NCBI GenBank assembly: GCA_040357565.1
Contig: JBDODJ010000046.1
Source: Cercozoa sp. M6MM
Lineage: Eukaryota > Protista > Endomyxa: Ascetosporea
Reading direction: 5' to 3' (one strand)
DNA length: 64,000 nucleotides
The position numbers and the translations under genes were made by a program. The notes beneath the pieces are model-generated. The model had not been told where the DNA came from and did not search any database. It worked only from the letters and a program-made list of their open reading frames with translations. Positions within the stretch are counted from its first letter, which is position 1. Every line of letters begins with the position of its first letter. This document shows, one piece after another, positions 12,301-26,062 of this stretch.

Positions 12301-15300
12301 GTGCATTCGACAGTTTCAGTAGCAACTCGTTCTCGAGCTCGGCAAGTCGCACTCTGTCGGCATTGATGCTGCGAACCAACGCGGAGCGTTCCTCCTCGAG
12401 CTCGGGCCGCTCCTTGTTTACGACCAAAGCCAGCAGCTGGTGCTTCAGTTGCTCGGGCGTCACCAGGAAGTTGATCACTGAGCACTGGGAGAAGACCTCA
12501 GGACTGTATACGGGGTTGCTCAGGCGAGAGCACAAGAAGAGACGGAACTGAGGATCGACCATGATCTCTTCTCCGGCAAAGTACAAGTACAGACTTCGAC
12601 CCTTCTTCTTGAAACTCTTCGACAGCACAGGGTCGAGTGAGCTGTCGATGGTCTCTCCGACGTTCTCCAGGAACACAGTTCTGCCGTCTTGAATCGCCCT
12701 GGAGATATTTTGCAGCCACTTACCCTTGCCTGCAGACACGACAAGCAAGTTGTCGACGCGTTGTTTGATCCACTTGGCAGCGGTTAGTTGCGGGTCGATA
12801 AACAACGGGTAGCGATCACTCTCAGACACAATGGCCGCATTTTCCAGTGAGGTGTTGTCAACTGGAAGTCCTTCGTTGGTCCAGCGAGCAAAGTTCGCGT
12901 CGTTCGCGAGGTAGTTAAGGGGAGTAATTTCGTCGCCGACTGGGAGAGAGCGGTTCTTGATGCCCTCGAACCACTCTTCAACAAGCTTGGAACGGAAGAA
13001 AGCGTCAAAAGGGCCTGCGTAGATCACAAAGGCGGCAGCAAGCGCCGAGTTGCCGATCAAGGTGCCACGACGGTCGTTCAGCTGGCGAATACCCTCACGC
13101 CAACGGTCACCCTCGCTGGAAAGACCATTGATCAGACGTTCTGCAAGGTTCAGTCTGTCCTTGCATCGCTGTGCCTGCTGCTCGACTTGATTCTTTTCTT
13201 CGATAGCTTGCTCGAGTGAACGTGTGACTTTCGCAAGACCAGCTTCAAGTTCAGCAACTTCGTTCATAAGTTTGTCAACAACGGCGTTCGCTTCAGCCAC
13301 TTCGGCAGCCGCACTCTCCGCGGCGAGCATCTTGGGCTTGACATACTTGTAAATCTTGTTGTATTTCACGATAGCGATGACCCAAGTGCAGAGCGAAGCC
13401 GCAGCACTCGAAACGCGCGACATTCCTTCGGGATTAAAGTGCTCGATCTGTCAAGAAACGCACCCATTGTAAATTAGTTTACAAATAATATACACTCCAA
13501 ACTGAAGTTGGAAGGAAAGCTACGTCAAGAATTGGCTGAAGCAGTGACAACGTGTCCTCCGGAATCTGCGTCGCGTCGAAAGCAGCAAGCTCTTGCATGA
13601 AGCGACCGACATTTCCCATCATGGCGCATGCGCGTTTCCACGAAAAGTCCCTGCGCTCGTTTTCCTTTAGGATGAGAACGGCCTTGGTCACATCCACAAT
13701 CGCGTCAGAAGGTGTCTTAAACGACTTCAACTGAGTCAACGAGTCCTTGCTTAGACACTGCACGGCTTCAGCGGCTGCCTCAAGGGCAGGCTGTGCCGCT
13801 GCCAGCTCCTTGTCGCACTCCTGCTTGATGGCTTCGCTCTTTTCGGCAATGACCTTTGCTTTGTCAGCCTCAACATTGGCGGCTTCCTTTTGCTTTTCGA
13901 CATGAGCACGCTCCTTTCCGCACTCTTCGATAAGTTTTGACGCAGAGGTACTCTTCTCTTCCACGATTTTCAGAGTTTGTGCAAGGTCCGCCTTCAGCTC
14001 CTTGACGTCGCGACTTGTTTTCATCAAAGTGGCTACACCCTTGTCCAGACGCTCAATTTCGAGATCGATTGAGTCTCGCTTTGTTTGTAGTAGCGTCTTG
14101 AAGTAAGAGATGAGCTCTAGGAACGATCTTGGAGTGGTAAACGTCTCACGACCGCAGGCTTCTTTGAACTTGACGGCCACCTTCGATACAGACAGGTGAA
14201 CATCAGCAAGGTGGTCGGCAAGTTTGTCGCGTTGCTCTTGGTCGTCGAGGTCTAAGAAACGACGAGCGACAGACTGCAAAGCATCAAGCGGCCAACTCTC
14301 GAAGGTATCCATGACGGTGCTGTTGAGAATGCTCGGGAATCTGCCGCACTTGAGGCGGAATGCCGGACCCACCGGCGAGAAGCACAGTGCCAGTTTCAGG
14401 TTTCTTCGAACACGTGAGATGAAAAGGTTGAAGATGCCCTCTCGATCTTCCGACGGAATTCCTGCCTGCTTAGCTTCGTTGCGCATGCTGTCAATGATTC
14501 CATCGAGGTCCTCCGACGTGTACAGATCGGGAATCTTGCCGGTCGCCAGGTAGTCGTTGATGTAAACATACCACTCCTCTTGGTATCCGGAATCAGCGAG
14601 TATCCAGCAGATCTTTTCGTTCTTGAGACCAGCCCGGACAAACAAACCTCGAATATCTTCCAACAGATCCGCTGACGAGTACGTGCGTGTGATGGTCAGA
14701 GTGAAGATGGACATGCCACACGCAAAGGCAGCCAATCGGCACAGAGACCGGCGACCGGAGCCACCGACACCAATAAGCAATGCATTTCCTCTCGGCAAAG
14801 TGAAGATACGTGCGATTTTTGTGACATGCGAGATAGCTTCTTCAAACAACACTAATGGCATCGCTGTGTAGCGTTGGTCATCGTTGTAATCCGAAAGTGC
14901 ACTTTCGATAGCGACACGCAGTTTCTCGTCGTCGTTGGCGTGATAGTCTTCCGTCTCGGCATTGTTTGAATCTGAGACGACCGAGAAACGAGGATACTCC
15001 TTTGTCGCGCATTCGGGGAAGTTAGCCATCGCAGTCGCTTCTAACAGCGAGTGGAACTTCTCCATGTCGGCAGCGCCGTTCAGTTTGTCACCGAAGACGC
15101 GTGCAGCCTCATGCTTCCACAATTGGCACCGTTGCTCGGAATCAAGCGGTTTCGTCATCATCAGGAGGCCTTGAGTCTGTGGACATTAAATAGGTTTAGA
15201 ATGGAGGTGCAGCAGAAGACAACGAGGAAGGGGTACCATGTTCGCAATCTCGTGCAGACTGAACAAGTACCAGAACTTGGTAGAGCTTGGTTTAAAAGTT

Positions 15301-18300
15301 GCAGACATCTGCTCGAGCAAAGCAATCGAAGCAGCGACCAGGTTTTTGCTGATTTCATGCGCGTCATCTCTGTCTTTCTCTCCGAAAGGCATGTAGTTCT
15401 CCACAAGAGGAACAAAAATGGATTTGATCTCCTCGCTTGAGGGACGTGAACAGTTGAACGAAATGAAACGATCTTGCAGACGCGGGTTGATAAAGAAAGA
15501 CCCGGAGGTCTGGTTCATCGTCGCCGCGTAGTACGTATCGTGAATCTCCTTGCGTTCGATTCGGTCAATGTCGTACCAGAAGCCGTAGTCAAGGTGCTGG
15601 AGAATGTGGTTCGTCGTTGCTTGTGTGCCTGAACTCATATTTTCAAAGCGTTGAGTCAAACCAAGACCGCATCGTTAGAAATTAACCGTACCATATGCTG
15701 AGGGTTCGGGCATGTTAATGTCTTCTATCAGGAAGGTCAAGCGAGACTCCTTCGGTCCGTAAATTCTGCCACTCTTCTTCTCAAGACTCTGTTCTTGGAT
15801 GCTGCGCAAAGACCCTTCTGTCGAGATGGCGTTGAGCCCAATCGTTACAAAAGGACTTTGCTGCTTGCGCAAACAATGCGAAAGCATGACCGTTTTCCCC
15901 GTTCCCCCGACGCCAACGCACATGAAGGGCGACGCGTCCTTTCGTTTCTGCGTCAGGTTGAAGAAGTACTGTAGCATCTTGGTTTGCGCGGTCTCCACCA
16001 CAATGTTTCGAATAACCACGTCTCCAGATGGCTCAAAGTAATTGTCTTCGGGACCTATCAGCTGATTCCAGGACCTGAAGGTCTTTCCTGAAGGATCTAT
16101 CGTCCAGTCGAAAACATTTAGCTTGGTTTCTGCTGTAGTGTCCATTTCAGGCCAAGGCACTGACTCTTCCGTTAGCGACAGCACCCAGTCGGAAAACACT
16201 TCTCTGTCGTTTCGCTCTTGGTCAACGCGCAGAGTAGCACCAAACGACCAAATGAACGCCATGATGAAAAAGTTCTCGAAGCAACTTGTGTCATTCATGT
16301 TGCTCGACGTAATAAGTCCCTCAAGGATTTGCACCATGGCTCGGATGAAGCTCAAGAGTTGACGAGGAACGACATGCTCGAAGGTACGCGTGAAATGCTC
16401 GAGGTTGCGCGAGGTGAGGTACTTGCCAAACAGTTTCTGCAGCACCGAGTGCTCCGACGACGGGCGACTGCGGATCCACTTGTCCACGAACGGTCGCCAG
16501 CCAATGTCGTTTTGGTTGATAAAGATCACGCCTGCTCGGGACACGGTTGCAGGAGTGGCGTTGGCGAGATCACCGATTTCAAAGACCAGACGCATTGAAT
16601 CGGAGAGAGGAATTCGCTCATTCGACACAAGCGTGAGGACCTTGTTGTCATCCTGCAAACAAGCACAGTAAAGATACAGCTTTACACAGAAACCCAATGG
16701 ACTGCTACCATGACTGTGTTCAGACTTTCAATCCACTCAGGGTCAATGGGACCGTCCAGAATAATCAGTTTCCACTTTTGAGCATGCGTGAACGGAGGCA
16801 CACAGCGAGACATGTTTCTCATGAGAGAACTGAGCATTCCGTCCTTCCAATCACTTGCAGCGAGCCAACCGTAAATCTCATCGTTCTTGATGGCCTTCGG
16901 ATTGAAGGCCTCGTAGACGGCAGGCTGGCCAAGACGGTTGTAGGCACCCGTCAATGTCTTCCAGACTTCGGTCTTGCCGGTACCAGGACCACCGATGACG
17001 AAGACCGAGTGGCGGATCTCCAATAACTCGCCTAGTTCGGCCACCTTCTGCAGGAATGCTGGATCCGGTTCCAACCCTCGCTCTTTTGTGACGGCGAGTG
17101 CCGCTTCTTCCAGTGACTTGTCGACTTGGCGCTCCACCTGCAAGCCACGGAACAGATCGTCGATCAGGCGCAAGAAGACGGGTCTGTCAAGAGCCGTGAT
17201 TTTCGGTAGATTGAAGTCGCGAAGAGCTCGCATGAGAATCTTCGATTCCTCAACGTCCGGTTCGGCACGTTTTAGACCACCTGCAACACGAAGCACTGCC
17301 TTCGTTGCCCGGAGACCCCAATCGTAGTGCGGTTGGGCACTCAGTAGCTCCTTAGCGAGTGCGTAGAGTTTGGTGAACTTGATGGCGAGTGGCCGCGCCC
17401 TCAAGAAGCCTTCGCTCAGCAGCATGTTTTCGCAAATGAGCATGATATCTGGCACAACCATGGCGCAGCTACGGAAGAGGGCCTTGAGATTTTCCGGAAG
17501 TTCCGTACGACCAGCATAACCCGGGTTCATCGTGATGAAACAGCCAACAGATGCCTCAAGTTTGATCTCTTGTCCCATGAAATCGAAGCGCTCCTTGCGT
17601 GCCTTGATGGCACTGAGAATACTGCCGAATTGTGTCGCGACGACGCTGAGCACTTCGACGGGGATTCGGTTAAACTCGTCAAAGCAACCCCAGGCACCGG
17701 TTTGACACAAACCCTTGAAGATTTGTCCCAGACTGTGCACGTTCATCTGTTCGGAGCAGTTGAAAACGTAGACGGGCAGGGCCAAAGCTCGACCAAGATC
17801 CTTTGTCGTCTCGGTTTTTCCTGTACCCGCAGGACCTGCAGGCGCCGCTCCCATGATCAGGCTCAAAGCTGTTGTAAGCGTGATGTAGCAGCGATCTGTG
17901 AGCGGGGTGATCACGAGACGCCCGGTGTTGCCGACGTACTCGTATCCATACGGGAAACTCGCGTCAGCAACAGACACTCCGGTGTCTAAATTTTTCCAAG
18001 AGTATCGCATCTGCGACTTCCATGCAAACTCCGTTGATTCGATGATGTTGTTTTTCACGAGTGCTTGCACAACATCGCGATTGTGCACGTCAACTGCCAG
18101 AAACAAAGTAGCATCGTACTAGTCGTTTGCAAAGTTGGATACATGTCACATGCTGATGCAGTACCTGTAATCAACGTGATAACCTTGGTGCGAATTTCTC
18201 GATTCAAGTCCTTGAGCGTCAACTCGATAAGGTCACCGAGACGTTCTTCGAGCACTTTGCTGTATTCTTTCATTGCGTTCTCGTCGCCGTCTTCCAAAGA

Positions 18301-21300
18301 CAAGAAAGCAGCTTCGACTTCTTCCGTCCATATTATTTGCGAAGTCGTTAGTGCTATTTGAGCACAGTGATCCATGAGCCACTCCGGTCGGGATTTTTCG
18401 ATTCCCCATTGGTCAGCACCGTTTTTAGCCACACGCAGTTTGTCTTTCAATGTTTTGCGCATGACGCCGATTGCTTCGTTGATCCAGTCCTCGACGTTTC
18501 CTTCACAATGACACTCGGTTGTGAACTCCACGTACTCGTCGCCATCTTTGCTGTGCATGCCGATGGCGTCCTTAGAGTGTTCGTCCTTGAACTCCAGTTT
18601 CGACACATTGTCAAAGCAGTCTGAAACCTCCGTTTGCACCATTTGCGGATTGTTGCCATTGGAAAGGAGCGACAGCAGGGCCGATGAACTCAAAAAGTAG
18701 AAGCGCGGACACAAGATTTTTTTGGCTTCGAGGTAGTTGTTAAGACTCTTCTCCGTGAGTTCAAGCTCAGCCTTAAGGCGCTCCAGCTTCAATCCGCGAT
18801 TCTTTTCGCAGCACGCCTCAAGTACCCGATCGATCGTCTTCGCGTGCTCCATGAACTCGATGTACTCTGAATCTATCTTGGAGAAGCGCTCTGCATCCTC
18901 AGGAAGCTGCTCACGGATATCCTCAGACCGGAAAATGGTTTCAAGCGAGAGCCAGCGCGATTGAACACTGATCCAATCTTGAAGAACGGCCTCCGTAGTT
19001 GAAAGCTGGGTCGACAGCGCTTCGGTTTCCACCGCAAAGTAATCAGCACTCGCGCCTTGCGCAATGATGCCTTGCACGACAGAAATTGACTCCTCGAGTG
19101 AGGTCAAGATCTCTTCTGTCACCTTGACAACGGTGCACCGAGCGTTGGATTCTGAGTCGAACTCAAACTTGAGGACGTCGTCGCCCTCTATCCAAGTTTC
19201 CTTCATTCTGGTGAGCTGCTTTGCAATCTTGAATTCTTTCTCTGACTGATCAACCACTTCCTCTACAGCTGCTTGATCGACGTCACGGAGAATATCGGAA
19301 AGAAACTGGGGCATCTCCGTGTCAATTCCGAAAAGCTCAACTAGTTTCCTGTGAGAGCCAACTTGTGATCATCGATTAAAAGGTAGCGGTCACATTAAAA
19401 CAAAACTGAGACGTGTATATGGAAAGCGAATGCAAAAAGATGTACTGCCAGTGTCGTTTTTCAAGCGAAGGGGAGCGAAGCAGCGTCACAAGTGGCAGTA
19501 CTCGCTGCCAACGCTTGACAACATCGTCCAAAGTCGCACAGGCTGCCCATGCACGGCACTCCTTGGGAAGGCCTCGAACCTGCTTCGCCAGTTTCTTTAT
19601 TTCGCCGAGAAGAACATCGGGCTGGACGTCGTTCCAAGGGGTTCGCGAGTAACTCTTAAACAAGGTGGCAGAGAAGGAGATGGCATCCCATAAACCCTTG
19701 AGGAGACTCGCTTCGTGGTCACACATCTCCAACTGAGAAACACTGCTTCGTTCGGATGGTTCGGCACAGTACTGTTCGCGCAGTTTGAGAGCTTCGACAC
19801 GACTTTCCCATGTCCGAACTTCTGCATCAAGAGAAGACAACGAGCGGTATGCTTCCGGGACTGCACGATCGAAATCTTCGCCTTCCATGCGAGAAGGTGC
19901 CTCCTTCACGAACTCCTTGCGGAAGCCCTGGAGTGCTTCTAACTCCGCCCATGTCATTTTTTGAGCACGATCACGAAGTCTCTCCAGTTCGTTGCTGAGC
20001 TGGTTAGAGATTTCAGCAGTCCGCTCGACCACATCTTCAATGTCACGAGGCAGCCTTTCCAAAGCAGCTTCGTCATCGACGATCGAGATGTTCTCGAATC
20101 TTTGCTGCAAAGCTTCACGTACGTCGCTCAGAGGTTCAAACATGCCCTTGAAACGACGCTCTTTTTCGAGAACATTTGCTCTGGTGACGAGAAGCTGAGC
20201 GACAGCCTTCATGGTTGGCTTTTTGTTTGCGAGGAGAGTTTTTTCAATTTTTTCGATACAACGTTGGGCGCGTTTGACGAAAATCGAGAACAGCAGCGTC
20301 TTTTTCTTTGTGTCTCGCTGCAAGAACATGAAGCTCATCTCGCTCCACTCTGAACACAGGGTAGCAAAGGCTGACTTTGTTTCCTCCATGTCGATGCGCA
20401 GTAAACGCGTGTCAAAGAAGGAAGGAAGAGCTTGTATGTTGTCCCGCACGCGGAAGAAGAACTCGGTTCGTGAAATGAACGCCTTCAACGAAGGAAGCTC
20501 GTTTTCGTTTGCACCAAACAACTTGACATCGGCTATCTCCTTGTCTTTGCCTTCTTCCGTGACAGCAGGTATTCCTTCCAGTTGCTCTGTGATTTGTACT
20601 CCGTTGCGCCCGAGAGACTTGCACCAGATCTCAAAGTCGTCGTTTCGGTCTTTACCGTGTAAGAATTCGTACTTCGATAACTGCTGCAGCAGTTCGTTGT
20701 AACTGCTCCGAGTTTGTTCCAAGCATGTCTTAAACTTGTCCTCCAGTCCCTTGATTTCAGCGTCGTTCTCTAACACGTGGGAAGGGGACACTTCTTCGAC
20801 TAGCGGAGGGATGTCATTTGCGACGTCCGTGATCTGAGAGAAACACATTTGCAGCTGATCCCAGATTGACTGCTTTCTTGAGCTCGCAGAGATCGTGCAT
20901 TCCCACCGATTGTCGCCTGCGGAGAGAAGACGGAGTGGCACCCGCAATAAGGGCACCCCGTCTTCAGGATTGCACAGGATCCTGAGAAGAAAGCCAGAAA
21001 TTCGCTGACAAAGCACGCTCAGCTCGGAGCAGAGTCGGTTGTTTGCGTCTGAGACAAATTCCTTCACTGCCGTCGGAGAAGGCGAATACTTGGACGCAGA
21101 CTTAGAAATCGAGTGAAGGGCCACACCTGCACAATGCACACTTATCGTCAAACCGTGAGAGCAACATTCCACACTTGGCAGTACCAGCTTCGCTGAAGAT
21201 GGCCTTAAGCTCGACTTCTCTTTGCTGCAAGAACTCCACCCAAACCGCCCGGAATTCTTCAAAGTCCAGCTGTTCCTTGCGAGCGGTGTCGAACTCAAAG

Positions 21301-23351
21301 GGCAGTTTCCGCAGCCGTTCACACAAGTCGTCAACAGCCGAACTCAACTCTTGCGCTGAGCTTTGAATGGAGAAGGCGCAGCCCACCAGTTGGTCACTCA
21401 GAACGCCCGTCAATGGTGAAACGAAGGTTGCCTCACCTCCCTTTTCTTCGAGAAGGCTCTCAAGCTCTGCAAACTCCTTCTCCAGAACCAATTTTGACGA
21501 CCGCGAGGTTTTGCGCAAGTTTTCGTTCTGAGTGCGGGCAAAGACCACGAGCTCTCGATACGAACGGTTGCTTTTCCGTGCCACGGCGCACAAAGAATTC
21601 AGTCGAGCGTCGCTCACCTGGAGAATTCCGTTCTCGTGAAGAACACGCGCCAGATGCATCAGAGCTCGCAGGTTCGGGTCCATGCCGCATGTGTAGACCC
21701 CAGTTTCAGAGTCATCACTCTCGCGTACTGTTATTGCTGGTCGCGACAGATCAACGTCCACCACTTCATTGCACAGTTTGTCCAACTCTGTGACAGCTGC
21801 CGCGCTCAACTTCGAGTTGAGCTGTTGCATCCATTTGTTCAGATCGTCTCGCGTAACCCCACTTCCTTCCACCTTCAGCAGCGCAAGTCGTTCCTTGATA
21901 CTTGAGCAGCGACGAAGCTGTGCAAACAGTGTGAACAACTTCTGGGCCGGCATGCCGGGAGTTTGCTCGCATTCGCTAAGCTCAATGTTCTGCAAGAGCT
22001 TCACTAGTTTGTTCCAAAACACTTCCTTGTTCTCAAAAATGCACTCGGTTAACGCGTTTCGGAGTAGGAGGGAGTCAATGCTTTCCACAACAGAGAATAG
22101 CGCGCACGACGCGTGCTCGTTGTTGTTCAAGGCAGTTCGACAGATCTCCGTCAAGCGTCGGTCGAGCTCAAGAATCTTGTTTCGGAAAGTCCAAAACGCT
22201 TCGTCGAACTCGGAAGTTGAAGCATCAAACATATCTTGAGCATTCTCTTTAATTTTGTCGAACGCAAAGCGGAAATCCGTGTAGCACTGTGCCAACAAGA
22301 CAGACATCTCATTGCCTTCTGAGCCGCCGATCGCGATCTTGTCGAGCTTCGAAAAGCCAATGAAGATGCGCAAGAACTCTTGCACGTCCACGTTGACGCG
22401 TTCCTTCAGTCGCAAGATCGGAAGCAAAACTTCCTCAGATATCTCGTAGTCCACTGCGTCGAGGATTTTTGCAGGCAGCGACTCAGCTGCCTCGCACATC
22501 TGCTTTCCAGAGTCCAAAATGTTCTGGCACTCGACGAAGTCCAACGCATCCAACTTTGACATGAACGACTCTCCATCAAGCAGCTCAGCTCCGCGAGCAG
22601 CAACCGATGCGACGCCGATCTTTAAAAAGTGAGTAACTGTCGGACGCAAGTCGACCGAGGTCTTGCACTTCAGAATCCCCTCAAAGCAGCCCAAAAGAGA
22701 CGCGAATGCTGTCACAAGTGCGTTGGTGTCAAGAGAGGTGTCCAGGCGACTGAGCGTATCCGAAATCGCTGACAAGATCTTGCACTTGATTTCTGCTGCA
22801 AACTTCAGCTCGCGAAGACGAAGCAGGTTCCGTCGCACTGTTCGAATTGCAGCACAGCCGGCTATCACGTCCGCTGGTTGAAGTTGGTCCGGGGTCGTAA
22901 CCAGATTCTGCAAAGCTGTACAGTCTGGCGCTTCCAAGAAAGCTTGACCACAACGTTCGATGTAGGTCTGCAGAGCCTTCTCATCGTCGGGGAGACAATA
23001 CTCAAAAAGCTCCACGAGCTTGGCGCTGTATTCGACATGTTTCTTGTGCAGCGTGTTGAAAGAAGTTGCCTCCGACTCGAATTCTTCAGTCGCAAGTGCA
23101 CTCTTGAAGTGAGGTCCGGGAGCTCGGCTCCACTTGGTGTTGCTAGAATTCAGACCTTGAAAGCCGGCAGGAAGCTTGACACGAGAAACGGCAGTTGGAT
23201 CCCAGTCGCCTTCAGGTTTGCTCAAGAGGACGAGTCTTCCTGTCGCCTCTGTTGGCAGTCCCTTTGATGTTTCCAGTTTGCCATCAACACCACGCCAAAC
23301 ATACACACAAGTGGCTTCCGCGGTGCTTCGGAAATCTCCTAGCTCCTGCAT
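9360..23351 (-). CDS. Axonemal dynein heavy chain, outer-arm (beta/alpha-type), ~4,400 aa, 13 exons
   Basis: AAA1 GPAGTGKTETTKDL and WGCFDEFNRI; AAA2 GGPGTGKTE and WIESLNTVMDDNKVLTL; AAA3 GVGGTGKT; AAA4 GVGGSGRRS; stalk and MTBD; ISMGQGQE; C-terminal CPVYRT..RGPTFI..KWILAGAAVIL*. Twelve short GT-AG introns restore the frame. Confidence 0.95.
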
Positions 23352-23710
23352 GTATTAAAAATGCCCAGACCTCGCGCTTAAAAAAGCACACTCAACCTCT
23401 AAACTTGGGGAAAGCTGGAAGAAAACTGCAGAAAGTCTACCTCGGAGGCTAGAATAGCGTTCAAATCCATCCGGTATCAGAGAGCTTCCACCAAACCCTC
23501 GTAAACTTCGTCCTTGTGTGACCTGGGTCGAACGCTGAGTCTTTCTTGGGGTAAATTTAAATGTATTTACCAGGTAACCGCGCTGACGCACAAATTCAGG
23601 CTACGCAAATACCCATAAATCTACCGACAGCAGAGGCCAAACTTCAAACTGCTAGGTCCATTGGTTCTGTCCCAGCCTGAGTTATCATCAGAGTAAACAA
23701 CTCCGCATTA

Positions 23711-24451
23711 ATGGGTTGTTTGGGATCAAAACCACGGAAGGCAACCGACTCGGAGCCAGTACCTCAAAGGAAGGAAGCAGCACCTGCACCGACAAATCCT
23801 GCTGCCGTTGTGCCGATTGTCGACGAACCAAAAGCACTGGAGCAAGTCGGTGATGACAGGGAGTTCCTCGTTGAAATGGTTGAAGAAATACTGCAGGAAC
23901 GAAAGAAGTTTGTCGAAGGTGACCTCCTGTCGATCTAAATTGACAGCATGCAAGGTGTGAGAGGGGGGGGGGGGGGGGCGGGGTAATTTACCGAAGGTGA
24001 CCTTCTGTCGATACAGGAATGCGGACTGCCATCGCGCAAAACGACCACCAGGAGCTGACCAGCATCGCTCATGCCCTCAAAGGTGCACAATCTCCATTCG
24101 TTCCAGTTTGATAACCCCGAGCGAAATAAAACAGAATAAAATTAGCTGATTTTCTTGGCGAATCAGGATCCGCGCGCAACCTTTTCATTGTCCGCGTCGG
24201 GGACGCTGCACACGATTTAGAGCAGCTGGCCAAGACACTCATTTCGCAAAACCAACCCGCGGATTTGGTATAATGGAACTGAAACCATTGTCCTTTTTAT
24301 CGATACTTCTCTGCTCCCGCTGCAGATGCAACAACGCGAGCCACAAGTGCAACGTCTCGACGCGCTTTTCGACGAGGTGAAGTCTTGGTTGGAGCAATTT
24401 AAACGACAGCACAAGCAAAAGACAGAACTTGAGTCTCAGACAGCAATTTAG
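23711..24451 (+). CDS. Histidine phosphotransfer (Hpt) domain protein with N-terminal MGCLGS acylation motif
   Basis: Four exons give ...ALEQVGDDREFLVEMVEEIL...ELTSIAHALKGSARNL...AAHDLEQLAK, which contains the Hpt AHxLKGS signature. Confidence 0.85.
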
Positions 24452-24773
24452 GCACGTCCAGTAGCTTACAAAACAAGCACTTCAATCTTCAAAATTTAGG
24501 AGGTTAGACTCGTTTGAGCGAAAGAGATGACTCATCATCATTGTATCAAGTGGAAGCGAACATTCTTCAGCTCTCGGTCATTGATCGAGAGCTGCTCTTC
24601 AAAACTTTCAAGCTCATACTGTAACAAGCTTCTCATAGCATTTGTAGGTACTCCAGACCCTAGTGCATGTACTGAAGTGGTGTACAGACAGCTTGCTGTT
24701 GAACTTGCACTTTCTGGTTGTGCGGTCCTTATCTTTGCCCAATGTTGATGCAGAACCCAGACGAACAACTAGA

Positions 24774-25818
24774 ATGTACCAGCAAGACCCGATCGCCACG
24801 ATTGCTCAGTAAGATTCGCATTTCCTGCTGTGTGATTGATGGCTGGACACTCTCTCACAGAGGCGGCTCAAGCGGTCCCGTCACGGTCACTCTGCGCACG
24901 GCGCACGGCAAGTACATCTGCTGCGAGCAGAGCGGCGTTGCTGTTGCGAACCGCGATGCGGCGCAAGCGTGGGAGCAGGTGACCATCACGCCTTTGGGCG
25001 GCGGCGTCGTCACGATTCGCTCGCACCACGGCAAGTACTGCTGCTGCGAGTCGAACGGCAACTTTGTCGCCAACCGCGACATGGCGCAGGGCTGGGAGCA
25101 CTTCCGCATCCAGGTCGTGCAGCCCGGCACGATCACGATCCAGTCGAGTGCGCACAACACCTTCCTGTACTTGCCCCATACTACTGGGAGTTTTTGTGAT
25201 GTACCCCCCCCCCCCTGTGTGCTTTGTACAGGTCGGCGCAGCCGGACGGTCGACTGGAGTGCAACCGCCACCAGGCGCAGGGTTGGGAGTACTTCCACTA
25301 CTCGATCGTGGGCGGCATGTCGCAGCCACCGATGCAGCAGATGCCGCAGCAGACAATGTACCAGCAGCCGCCCATGCAGATGCAGCAGCCTATGCAGATG
25401 CAGCAGCAACCCATGCAGATGCAGCAGCAGCCTATGCAGATGCAGCAGCCCATGCAGCAGCAATATCAGCAGCAGCCCATGCAGCAGCAATATCAGCAGC
25501 CGCCCATGCAGATGCAGCAGCCCATGCAGCAGCAGTACCAGCAGCAGCAGCCCATGCAGCAGCAGTACCAGCAGCAGCAGCCCATGCAGCAGCAGTACCA
25601 GCCTCAGCCGCAGGTGCAAGTGCAGGTGCAGTCGGCCACATCTCTGCCGCAGCAGCAGAACGGCTACGTGCACGCGGTGCCGCAGCTGGCGCCGACGGTC
25701 AAGCCGTACCCGAACTTTGACGCCACGCGCGACGCTGCCGCCCTGCGTCAGGCCATGAAGGGCTTCGGCACCGACGAGAACGCCATTATCGACATCCTGG
25801 TACACTGCTTTTACTGCG

Positions 25819-25854
<36 letters not shown>

Positions 25855-26024
25855 ATGTATATATGTATATAAACATACATATGTGTGTACGTGTATGTAT
25901 GTGTGTTTATGGCAATGCAGGGCAACCGCAGCAACGCGCAGCGTCAGCAGATCAAGCAGGCCTACCAGCAGACGCAAAACCGCGACCTCGTGCAGGACAT
26001 CAAGTACACTCTGTTTAGATATAG

Positions 26025-26062
<38 letters not shown>

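Noticed and set aside
14745-14775. Dynein AAA4 P-loop GVGGSGRRS lacks the Walker A Lys
   Set aside because: Arg at this position is common in AAA4 of axonemal dyneins and is not evidence of decay.
24527-24822. Small minus-strand ORFs between Hpt and annexin
   Set aside because: No recognisable motif, and they overlap the annexin start and promoter.
24855-25934. Long antisense and alternative-frame ORFs over the annexin linker and other GC-rich exons
   Set aside because: Shadow ORFs caused by strong GC3 bias and repeats; CVCV/HTHT/YIYI peptides are microsatellite translations.
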